The notes under the pieces were generated by a model. It saw only the letters and a program-made list of their open reading frames with translations, made no database searches and was not told where the DNA came from. A stretch of DNA of 64,000 bases from Candidatus Sericytochromatia bacterium (GTDB lineage: Bacteria > Cyanobacteriota > Sericytochromatia > UBA7694): positions 7,778-71,777 of the forward strand of contig JADMKE010000008.1 in assembly GCA_018780035.1 (NCBI GenBank), in the 5' to 3' direction. Made by a program: the position numbers and the translations under genes. This document shows, one piece after another, positions 21,070 to 29,379 of this stretch (within the stretch, counting starts at the first letter, position 1; every line of letters begins with the position of its first letter).

Positions 21070-22427
21070 GGCCTTTGACCTGCATTTTGCTTGGGTTTTT
21101 GGCCCGCAAGTTTAACCGGCGCATCGGGAGAGAGCGCCTGTAAGCCGGTTACAATCACTTTTTGACCCGGTTTTAAACCCTGGCTGATCACCGCTGTACC
21201 GAGCGAAATCCGCGCCACTTTCACCGCTTGCATGCGGGCCTTATCCTGGGCGAAGAGATAGACAAAGTCCCCGCTGGGGCCTTTTTGCACGGCCGCTGCG
21301 GGCACCGTTAAGACCTGGTTTTGCACTCCCAGTCGGGCACTCACAGGCACAAACAAACCCGGCCAGAGGCGGCCATCGCGATTGTCGAAGGTGGCTTTGA
21401 GTGTGACCATGCCCGTGGCTTTGTTGACCTGATTGTCGACAAAGCTCAGCTGCCCCACTTCTTGAAGGTTTTTTTCGCCATTGACCTTGACCTCAGCCGT
21501 CACGGGTACACCCTGCGAACGCAAAGCGGCCTGAAAGGGCTCCAATTCTTTTTCGGGCACAGCAAAACTGACCAGAATCGGCGAGAGGCGTTTGATATTC
21601 ACCAGAACACTGCTATTGGCCACCACATTATTGCCTGCATTGATCAGAATCGGGCCCGTTTTGCCTGAAAGTGGCGCATAAATTTTGCTAAAACCCAATT
21701 GCACCCGGGCCGCAGCCAAACTGGCCAGATCGGCATTGACCGAAGCCATGGCGGTTTGCAAGGCTGCGTGTTCGGCCTGAACCTGGGCCTTGGCATTGAC
21801 CAGCGCAGCCCGATCTGCCACCAGGGTGGCTTCCGCGGTCTGCAGGGTATTCTGTTGCATTTGGAATTGCTGCAGAGCCAGATAGTCTTTGTCCAATAAT
21901 TGTTTGTTGCGGGCCAATTCCAAAGCCGCAAATTCTTTTTGGGCCAAATCCCGTTTGAGATTGGCTTCGGCCACCGCCGTCAGGGTAGAGACCTTGGTCA
22001 GATTGGCTTTGGCCTGTCGCACCATGGCCTGGCTGCGCGACAGCATGGCCTCCAATTGAGATAAATTGGCGGCTTGGAGGCGGGAGTCGAGTTCAAACAA
22101 CAATTGGCCTTTGTGGACAAAAGCCCCCTGGCTAAAATGAACTTTTGTCAGCTGCCCGCTGATTTGGGGCTGTATTGAGACATTTTCCAAGGCCTCCACA
22201 TTGCCAATCGCCTGCTGAATCAGGGGGATATCTGCCAATTGAACAGGAGCCAGGCTCACCGTCACAGGCCTGACTTTTTCTTTTTTGGGATCGCCGCCTT
22301 TGTCTCCAGCAGAAATACCCGGTTTACGCAAAGGCCCCCAGACCGCCAGCGCCCCCACCAAAAGCAGGAGCAAGGCAATCATCAGTGTTCTTCGGCGCAG
22401 CAGCAGTTCTTTGAGCTTCATAGGCAT
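21066..22427 (-). CDS. RND membrane fusion (periplasmic adaptor) protein
   Basis: N-terminal anchor, biotinyl-like and coiled-coil regions, IYAPLSG, LWPGLFV. Overlaps the RND gene by 4 nt. Confidence 0.93.
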   Translation of the reverse strand: MPMKLKELLLRRRTLMIALLLLLVGALAVWGPLRKPGISAGDKGGDPKKEKVRPVTVSLAPVQLADIPLIQQAIGNVEALENVSIQPQISGQLTKVHFSQGAFVHKGQLLFELDSRLQAANLSQLEAMLSRSQAMVRQAKANLTKVSTLTAVAEANLKRDLAQKEFAALELARNKQLLDKDYLALQQFQMQQNTLQTAEATLVADRAALVNAKAQVQAEHAALQTAMASVNADLASLAAARVQLGFSKIYAPLSGKTGPILINAGNNVVANSSVLVNIKRLSPILVSFAVPEKELEPFQAALRSQGVPVTAEVKVNGEKNLQEVGQLSFVDNQVNKATGMVTLKATFDNRDGRLWPGLFVPVSARLGVQNQVLTVPAAAVQKGPSGDFVYLFAQDKARMQAVKVARISLGTAVISQGLKPGQKVIVTGLQALSPDAPVKLAGQKPKQNAGQRP

Positions 22428-22428
22428 C

Positions 22429-22923
22429 CTATATTTCGGTTTCGGCTAATTGATTGCCCAGTTCGGGATGGGTCTGAGAGACCATGCGGGCCAGCAGACC
22501 CAGGCCCTTTTCCAGGGATTGGAGTTCGTCTTCGGAAAATTGGCTCATTTGGGCCACGAGATGGGTTTTTAAATAGTCTTTGGCCTGTTTGTATGCACTC
22601 AGGCCTTGCGGGCTGATGGCCAATTGGATTTCGCGGCGGGAATGTGGGTTAACACGGCGTTCCAAAAGGCCCTGTTCGACCAATTGCTCCACGCGGATCG
22701 AAGCCGTGGCTTTGTGAATGCCAAGATCATCCGCCAGACACTGCAGCGAAAGACCCGGAAAACGGAAAACCCGCGCCAAAATCCGAATTTCGTTGATATT
22801 TAAGGTACCTGCTGGAGCGGCCTTGAGCAGACCACGCAAATAATAGCGCAACCAAGGCAAGAGCGTCTGCAAATTGGAGGCACATCTGTTTTGAAGGGTG
22901 TTTTGCGTCATATTTTGTGTCAT
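22429..22923 (-). CDS. MarR family transcriptional regulator
   Basis: LADDLGIHKATASIRVEQLVEQGLLERRVNPHSRREIQLAISPQG wHTH. First gene of the efflux operon. Confidence 0.9.
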   Translation of the reverse strand: MTQNMTQNTLQNRCASNLQTLLPWLRYYLRGLLKAAPAGTLNINEIRILARVFRFPGLSLQCLADDLGIHKATASIRVEQLVEQGLLERRVNPHSRREIQLAISPQGLSAYKQAKDYLKTHLVAQMSQFSEDELQSLEKGLGLLARMVSQTHPELGNQLAETEI

Positions 22924-23010
22924 AAATGGCTGTCCTTTTCGAAAGTTAGCACAGCAAACAGTTTTATGTCAAAACAATTGCTCAAGCACCCAACGCAGTC
23001 TGTAGCGACG

Positions 23011-24114
23011 TTACTCGTCGCCGAGGCAAATGCCTATATCTCGGGCAGAAAGGATGGTGTCTGAGTCCAAGGGCACCTGTTTCATGCGCGAGAGGGCGTC
23101 TTCGAGATGCACGTATTTGACCGTGGGCGGATCCAAAGCGACCATATGGCCAAATTTTTCCTCTTCCACTGCCCGCACCGCAGCAGCCCCGAAGCGCGTC
23201 GCGACCAAACGGTCAAAGGTCGTGGGAGAGCCCCCCCGCTGCAAATGGCCGAGCACCACAAAACGGGTGTCGTTGCCTGTGCGCTCTTTGATTTGCTGAG
23301 CCACATGTTCGCCCAAGCCACCGAGTAATACTTCCTGGCGGCCATCCACGGCCCCCCCTTTGACACTGAGCCCGCCGCCTTTGGGAATGGCCCCTTCGGC
23401 GACCACCACAATGCCATAGTCTTTTTTCTGCAGCTTGCCTTCCATCAGGCGGCGGCAGACGACATCGATATCGTAGGGAATTTCGGGAATCAAAATCACG
23501 TCAGCGGCCCCACTGATCCCAGCATTGAGGGCAATCCAACCGGCATACCGCCCCATCACTTCGACCACCATGATTCGGCCATGGGCTTTGGCGGTGGTGT
23601 GCAATTTATCCAATGCTTCAGTGGCCGTTGTGACCGCTGTATCAAAGCCAAAGGTGACAACCGTTGAAGAGAGATCGTTGTCGATGGTTTTGGGCACACC
23701 AATCACGGGAATGCCCTTCTGATGCAATTGGTAGCCAATGGCCAAACTGCCATCGCCCCCGACACAAATCAGGGCATTCAAATTCAGGGCTTTAAAATTG
23801 CTGACAATCCGATCGCTGATATCCCGCACTTCGATCTCACCGGCGGCGTTGGTCACAGGCATTTCAAAGGGATTGCCTTTATTGGTGGTGCCAATCAAGG
23901 TGCCACCAAGGGGCAAAATATCGCGCACCAGGGCCGGGGTCAAATGGGTGATCTCTTCGGTATCCAGCAAACCGCGATAGCCGTCATGAATGCCGTAAAC
24001 CTCCCAGCCACGGTTATAGGCGCTCAAAACCACAGCCCGAATCACACCGTTCAGGCCAGGCGCGTCACCGCCGCCGGTATTAATTGCAATGCGTTTGGTG
24101 TTTCGGTAAGCCAT
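23011..24114 (-). CDS. pfkA: 6-phosphofructokinase
   Basis: TGGGDAPGLN, GGDGS, PKTIDND, EVMGR and LGHLQRGG motifs. Confidence 0.95.
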   Translation of the reverse strand: MAYRNTKRIAINTGGGDAPGLNGVIRAVVLSAYNRGWEVYGIHDGYRGLLDTEEITHLTPALVRDILPLGGTLIGTTNKGNPFEMPVTNAAGEIEVRDISDRIVSNFKALNLNALICVGGDGSLAIGYQLHQKGIPVIGVPKTIDNDLSSTVVTFGFDTAVTTATEALDKLHTTAKAHGRIMVVEVMGRYAGWIALNAGISGAADVILIPEIPYDIDVVCRRLMEGKLQKKDYGIVVVAEGAIPKGGGLSVKGGAVDGRQEVLLGGLGEHVAQQIKERTGNDTRFVVLGHLQRGGSPTTFDRLVATRFGAAAVRAVEEEKFGHMVALDPPTVKYVHLEDALSRMKQVPLDSDTILSARDIGICLGDE

Positions 24115-24264
24115 GATTTTCCCCTTGTCTGGATATAGATTTCAACAATTGGAGTGAGCATAACAGATTTTGGGGGCAGTTGCATTGAGTAAGATCAGTT
24201 GATCTTTGATTCGCAAAGAACCTGCTGAAACTAAAATATTTTCACAAAACCACCCCCCTATCCC

Positions 24265-24293
24265 TTGACGTTATCTTAAACATAATTTAATAT
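24265..24293 (+). promoter_or_regulatory. Putative sigma70 promoter of the large ncRNA
   Basis: TTGACG (24265-24270), 17-nt spacer, TAATAT (24288-24293). Predicted start near 24300, just before the structured region begins. Confidence 0.65.
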
Positions 24294-24299
24294 GAATAT

Positions 24300-25067
24300 T
24301 ACGAACTCCGAGTGAGCTTAAACAAAGCGTCACGAATGGTCTGGGTGAAACTCCCAGCCGCAACCCCAGGAGGGAAGGCAGCGTTCGTCTTTTGGCAACA
24401 AAGGGCGTTTAAAAGCAAGCCTATCTGCTCAGTGAGAGTTAAGACCTTGAAGTCGGGTCCGCAAGGATAACGGCAAGAAGGGAGTCCCGCAGAAGTGTGG
24501 GAGCAGCTCTGAGCAGGGAGAAATCCCTGGAGGGAAAAACTCAGGAGGGTCAAGTTCGGATGGCAACATCTGGAACACTGCCACAAGGGAAAAAATCCCT
24601 GAAGCCGTTGAAACGGCAAGAGGGACAGGCGCCGGTAACGGTGGCCGATCGGGTGGCGGGGCAAAGCCCTGAAGAGTGAAGTACAGGAGGGGATCGGGTT
24701 TCTGGTTGGGTTTCGGCCTTGCGAGAAGCAACGGATCCGGTTCGGGTGAAAAGCCTTGAAGCTGTCAAAACAGCACGAAGGCCAAGGCAAGGGAAGCCGA
24801 AAGGTTTGTTTTGCACACACGGGCCGGGGGAAAACCCCTGTAGTACCCAGAGGAAGTCTGGAGGAGGACCTGTACCGCAAGGTGCGGGTAGCCGTGTTCG
24901 GAAGCGCGGGCTGAAAGGCCCGATGTCAGGTGCGCTGAAGGTGTTAAAACGCCAAGAGTGCAACCGGGAAACCTGAGAGGGACCTTCCCGCCGATCAACG
25001 GTAAAGACTCCATGAGACGGTCAAGGACGCACGAAGTTTAAGTTCGCCGGGGTTCTTCCCCTTTTTT
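24300..25067 (+). ncRNA. Putative large (about 750 nt) modular structured non-coding RNA of unknown class
   Basis: 5'/3' closing helix (24314-24331 with 25026-25045), at least 8 GNRA-capped hairpins with G-U pairs, a repeated AAANCCYTGRAG motif, an upstream promoter and a downstream terminator. No credible ORF. Confidence 0.8.
25049..25067 (+). terminator. Putative intrinsic terminator
   Basis: GGGG-TTCTT-CCCC followed by TTTTTT. The stem is short. Confidence 0.5.
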
Positions 25068-25205
25068 GCTCCAGCAAACGCACTGTCTTTTTCTTGGTTA
25101 AGAAAAGGTTATATTTCTGTATTATTTTATTTAATCTAACTTCATTTTTCCGCTCTGGCTGGCTACAATACAAGTGGAAGAATTTAACCGTTAAGGGATA
25201 AGACC

Positions 25206-26228
25206 TTGTTGAGCCGTTTCTTAAGCAAAAAGCTGTGTCTGGCACTGTCTTGTGTGCCCCTCCTGCTGGTAGGTTGTCAATCTACTGCGCCGCTGGGGGC
25301 TGTCTCTTTTCGTACCCAGGCCACGGCCAGCCCGCCGCGTGAGGCCCTGTTCAACCAACCCGCAGCAGCCCCGTTTATTTTCAAAAGCCGCCAAGGTTTA
25401 CTTTTGGCCTATCGTGGCCTGCAGGCTGACAGCCGCCAAATTTACGTGCGCCGCTCCCGCGATGGCCAGAGCTGGGACAGCCCCGTTCAGGTCAGCCACA
25501 ACAATCTCTCGGTCAGCCACCCCCAAATAGTTGAAGAGGCCTCCGGTAAACTCAAGCTCTTTTATCACAGCAATCAAAGTGAATCTTGGCAGCTCTATGT
25601 CTCTGAATCCAGCGATGCACAAACCTGGACCCCTCCCCGCAAAGTAGACTTGCCCGAAAGCCAAATTTCAGACTCCAGCCTTTTTTACAGCAACAAAGAA
25701 TATTTGCTCTGCTACCAGGCCTTTGGGGGCGGACTCTTTTTAACCCGTTCAAGCGACGGCCAACGTTGGGGACAACCGACTCAGATTTCAGAGAGCGGCG
25801 AAGCTCCCTCTCTGGTGCGCACAGCCCAGGGGCATTACGCCTTGGCCTATGAGGGCCCCACCGACACAGGCTGGACGATCTACCTCTCCAGCAGCAGCGA
25901 TCTCAAACAGTGGAGTGCCCCACAGGCACTGGGCCAAGAGCTGGGAGAAAACAGCCGCTCACGCTGGGGCCGTTTGGTCTCTGGCAGCAAAGGCACCACT
26001 TTGGTTTTTTCAAGCCAGACTGAAAGCGGCGCCTGGGAGCTCTACAAACGCAGTTCCAGCGACCTACAGGCCTGGAGCGCCCCCAAACAATTGACCCAAA
26101 ACGGGCTGCGCAATGTCAATCCCCAACTGGCACCGGCCTCCAGCTCTTCGGCCTATCTGGCCTGGGAACTCTCCCAGCCAGAATCACCGGCAGTGTCTCA
26201 TCTTACAGTGCAACAGCTCCAGTTTTAG
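25206..26228 (+). CDS. BNR/Asp-box repeat (sialidase-like beta-propeller) lipoprotein
   Basis: Lipobox LVGC and repeated SxDGxxW/SSDLxxW Asp-boxes. Confidence 0.8.
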   Translation: MLSRFLSKKLCLALSCVPLLLVGCQSTAPLGAVSFRTQATASPPREALFNQPAAAPFIFKSRQGLLLAYRGLQADSRQIYVRRSRDGQSWDSPVQVSHNNLSVSHPQIVEEASGKLKLFYHSNQSESWQLYVSESSDAQTWTPPRKVDLPESQISDSSLFYSNKEYLLCYQAFGGGLFLTRSSDGQRWGQPTQISESGEAPSLVRTAQGHYALAYEGPTDTGWTIYLSSSSDLKQWSAPQALGQELGENSRSRWGRLVSGSKGTTLVFSSQTESGAWELYKRSSSDLQAWSAPKQLTQNGLRNVNPQLAPASSSSAYLAWELSQPESPAVSHLTVQQLQF

Positions 26229-27247
26229 CCTGGGCTGAGTTGCTTTAAGACACCGGCTTGTAGCTCTTCGCGCTTAAAAATCCCCCGATCCGTCACCAGT
26301 GCCGTCACCAATTCTACGGGTGTGACGTCAAAGGCCGGATTGTAAACGGGTGCTTCGTGGGGGGCCCAACTCAGGGCCCCGGTATGCTGGACCAGCCCCC
26401 GCACTTCTTCTGCTCCCCGCTGTTCAATCGGAATGGCGCTGCCATCAGCCGCCTGAAAATCCAAGGTGGAATAAGGCGCCACCGGATAAAAGGGCAAGTG
26501 GTGGTAAAAGGCGTTAACCGCCACGTTATACGTGCCAATTTTATTGGCAAAATCCCCATTCAAAGCCACCCGATCGGCCCCCAGAAAAACCTTGTGAATG
26601 GCGCCCTGGCGCATCAGCATCGCTGCCATATTGTCGCAGATCAGGGTATAGGGAATGCCCCATTTGCTCAGCTCCCAGGCGGTCAAACGGGCACCCTGCA
26701 ACAGGGGGCGGGTTTCGTCGACATAGACATGCAGCTTTTTGCCAGCAGCCCAAGCGGTGTAAATCACCCCCAAAGCAGTGCCAATGCCCGCCGTGGCCAA
26801 GCCTCCGCTATTGCAATGGGTCAAAATATGATCGCCCTCTGCGATCAACTCAGCGCCCATTTCTCCCATTTGGGCACAGAGGCGCTGGTCTTCTTCAAAA
26901 ATCGCCACCGCCTCAGCTTGCAAGCGCTCAGGTTCTGCACAGAGCGGCAAGAGCCGATCAATGGCCCACATCAAATTCACTGCCGTTGGACGGCTCTGAC
27001 GCAGCTGAAGCGCCAAAGAACGCAAGGCAGCAGGGTCTGTTTGCTTTTGGCTAAAACAGGCCAAAGACAGGGCTGCTGCCACGCCAATTAAAGGCGCTCC
27101 CCGCACTTTGAGGGCCTTGATCGCGGCAATCATGGCTGCGGGGTCGGTGGCATCCAACCAGAGTTCGCCATGGGGCAGGGCCTGCTGATCCAATAAAAAA
27201 AGGCGATCGTGCTCCAACTTCAAAGCCCGTGAGTTGAGGTTTTTCAT
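26225..27247 (-). CDS. mtnA: S-methyl-5-thioribose-1-phosphate isomerase
   Basis: VRGAPLIG, SRPTAVNL, THCNSGGLAT, DETRPLLQGARLT, NKIGTY, NPAFDVTP. Confidence 0.95.
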   Translation of the reverse strand: MKNLNSRALKLEHDRLFLLDQQALPHGELWLDATDPAAMIAAIKALKVRGAPLIGVAAALSLACFSQKQTDPAALRSLALQLRQSRPTAVNLMWAIDRLLPLCAEPERLQAEAVAIFEEDQRLCAQMGEMGAELIAEGDHILTHCNSGGLATAGIGTALGVIYTAWAAGKKLHVYVDETRPLLQGARLTAWELSKWGIPYTLICDNMAAMLMRQGAIHKVFLGADRVALNGDFANKIGTYNVAVNAFYHHLPFYPVAPYSTLDFQAADGSAIPIEQRGAEEVRGLVQHTGALSWAPHEAPVYNPAFDVTPVELVTALVTDRGIFKREELQAGVLKQLSPG

Positions 27248-27255
27248 AATGACTC

Positions 27256-27726
27256 CTAAGGGTTATTTTCCAATAGTTTCAGCAGGCGTTTCAAAAGATG
27301 TTGTAAATACTGCATATCTTCTTTGCCAAAAGACTGGGCCAGGTCTTTTTCCATGGTTTGCAATAACTCCAAACCTTGGAATAAAGCAGCACGTCCTGCT
27401 GGGCTAAAACACACCCGCCGAGCCCTTCTGTCATCTGGATCTGCTTGCATTTCTACCAGACCCAAACTTTCCATTTCTTTGACCAATTGGCTGGTGGCCT
27501 GTTTGCTGATACCCAAACGGCTGCTCAACTCTGTAATCCGGGTGCCCTCCAGATCCAAATGAGGCAAAAGCGCAGTATGCGCCAGACGAAATGGCTGGCC
27601 CCCTGTCTGCTGCTGGATTTTTTCGATCGCCTGGCTACTCCAAAGCCGCGCAGCCTTAAAAAGCAATTGGGCGACACTGGCTTGTTTGGCTGCTTCAAGC
27701 TGGGCCTTGAAGATCTCTTCTTGCAT
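27256..27726 (-). CDS. MarR family transcriptional regulator
   Basis: ITELSSRLGISKQATSQLVKEMESLGLVEMQADPDDRRARRV. Confidence 0.9.
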   Translation of the reverse strand: MQEEIFKAQLEAAKQASVAQLLFKAARLWSSQAIEKIQQQTGGQPFRLAHTALLPHLDLEGTRITELSSRLGISKQATSQLVKEMESLGLVEMQADPDDRRARRVCFSPAGRAALFQGLELLQTMEKDLAQSFGKEDMQYLQHLLKRLLKLLENNP

Positions 27727-27727
27727 T

Positions 27728-27790
27728 TAGTAAACCTGCTTGACTAATTCGGGGTGATGGTTCAAACTAAATAGTAAACCTACTTGACCA
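27728..27790. promoter_or_regulatory. Two copies of a quasi-palindromic box, likely MarR operators
   Basis: TAGTAAACCTGCTTGACTA (27728-27746) and TAGTAAACCTACTTGACCA (27772-27790), between the divergent marR and DUF4336 genes. Confidence 0.7.
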
Positions 27791-27808
27791 AGTAGCGCAA
27801 GCGAAAGG

Positions 27809-28522
27809 ATGATCTCAAAAATGACCTTATCTTTACAAGCCGTGGCCGACAATCTTTGGGTGGTGGCTCACCCCTTTGAAATAATGAAAGTCAAAATGGG
27901 CACTCACACCACGGTAATACGACTCCGTAACGGAAATCTGTGGCTGCTCTCACCAGGAGCCGGCCTGGGCAGCTTAAAAAAAGACTTCGCTGCTTTGGGG
28001 CCTGTCGCTGCCATCGTTGCTCCCAACACCATGCACCATCTATTTTTACCTGAAGCGATCCAGCTCTTTCCAGAAGCCCGGGTCTATGGGCCCAGCGGAC
28101 TGAAACGCAAACAGCCCACGTTGGCGATTGAGACCCTTACAAACACGCCTCCAGATCTGTGGAAGGAAGATATTGAACAAACCCGTTTGGATGGACTCAG
28201 TTTTTTGCAAGAAACAGCTTTTTTTCACCCATCTAGCCGGAGTCTGATCGTAACCGATCTGGTCTTTAATTTGCAACACTCAGACCATGCTTGGAGTCGC
28301 TTATTTTTGCGCCTGAACGACGCCTACGGCAAATTGGGCCCGAGTCGCATGCTGCGCAAAATGGCTCTGAAAGACCCGCCTGCTTTGGCAAAATCTTTAG
28401 ACACCGTCTTGGCTTGGGACTTTGATCGGATTGTACTCAGCCACGGCGAGTTGGTGCAAACGGGAGGCAAAGCGCTGCTGCGCGAAGCCTTTGAACGGAT
28501 TGGGGTTTTAAAACAGGTTTAA
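27809..28522 (+). CDS. DUF4336-like metallo-beta-lactamase-fold protein
   Basis: TVIRLRNGNLWLLSP, IVAPNTMHHLF, FFHPSSRSLIVTDL, WDFDRIVLSHG. Confidence 0.8.
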   Translation: MISKMTLSLQAVADNLWVVAHPFEIMKVKMGTHTTVIRLRNGNLWLLSPGAGLGSLKKDFAALGPVAAIVAPNTMHHLFLPEAIQLFPEARVYGPSGLKRKQPTLAIETLTNTPPDLWKEDIEQTRLDGLSFLQETAFFHPSSRSLIVTDLVFNLQHSDHAWSRLFLRLNDAYGKLGPSRMLRKMALKDPPALAKSLDTVLAWDFDRIVLSHGELVQTGGKALLREAFERIGVLKQV

Positions 28523-29379
28523 GGGCTGCGCAGATAATTTTTGGCCGCGGGAATCGAAAGGGTGGCCTGGGTGGCACAGCACCAAGCACTCAAACGGCCC
28601 CCATAGACACAAGCGGTATCTATTTGCAGACACTGGGCTTTTTTCCAGCGTTTGAGCCGGGCCACGGGCGTATGGCCCGAGACATGCAGACGCAAACTGT
28701 CAGGAGGAGAACTCGGGGGCACCCGGTTCCAGACCAGAGAATGGCTGTGTTGTAAAAAAGCCTGGGCCGCATCGGCATTGCGCAGTCGCACCGGCTGCAA
28801 GGCGTAAATCAGGGTCAGATCTTTGGGGCGGGCCAGGGCATGGGTCACCACGACTTGCTGATCACTCCAGACATAGGGCAGATGCAGCAGGAAATGCAGC
28901 AATTCTGGTTCAATTTTCCAAGTTTCGGGCTGTTCAGGATCGCAGCCAAAACTGCGCAGGGTCTGATACCCGCCCTGACTGACCCACATGCAGCGGGCAT
29001 AATTGCGGTAGTCTTCCCAACTCAGCCAGCGGCTGAATCCCGCCTGAGAACGCCAACTTTGACGATAGGTATTGAGCCAACGTGGCCAAGTCATATTCTC
29101 AAAATTCCAGGGAGCCCACTCCTGCAGACATTCCAACATCATCAGCTCATGATTGCCCATCACCACAACATGGGTGCCTGCGCGCACCCCTTTCAAAAAA
29201 TGCTGCACCACCCCCAACGAATCGGGCCCCCGGTCGATCAGATCGCCGACAGAGACAATCAGCGGCGTCCAACCTCTGCGAACGGCTTGGCGCTTGATTT
29301 TGGCCTCCAAGGCCAAGAGTTCTTCATAACAGCCATGGATATCGCCAATCAGGTAGACAACGGTTTCGGCTTCGGACAT
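28519..29379 (-). CDS. Calcineurin-like metallophosphoesterase (PPP-type phosphatase)
   Basis: GDIHG, GDLIDRG, GNHE, GHTP and IDTACVYGG. The start at 29379 overlaps the upstream stop (TGATG). Confidence 0.9.
   Translation of the reverse strand: MSEAETVVYLIGDIHGCYEELLALEAKIKRQAVRRGWTPLIVSVGDLIDRGPDSLGVVQHFLKGVRAGTHVVVMGNHELMMLECLQEWAPWNFENMTWPRWLNTYRQSWRSQAGFSRWLSWEDYRNYARCMWVSQGGYQTLRSFGCDPEQPETWKIEPELLHFLLHLPYVWSDQQVVVTHALARPKDLTLIYALQPVRLRNADAAQAFLQHSHSLVWNRVPPSSPPDSLRLHVSGHTPVARLKRWKKAQCLQIDTACVYGGRLSAWCCATQATLSIPAAKNYLRSP

Noticed and set aside
24845..24890. RNase P-like words (GAGGAAGTCT, AAGGTGCGG)
   Set aside because: There is no exact GAGGAAAGTCC and no complementary 3' P4 motif. 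The word lies late in an element about twice the size of RNase P RNA.
24299..25013. Several overlapping ORFs (60-193 aa) in the pfkA upstream region
   Set aside because: They have atypical Pro/Arg/Cys-rich composition, overlap each other and show no motifs. The RNA structure signals explain the region better.
24300..25067. tmRNA, rRNA, group II intron or CRISPR interpretation
   Set aside because: I found no tRNA-like ends with CCA, no rRNA conserved blocks, no domain V or intron-encoded ORF, no identical direct repeats and no cas genes.
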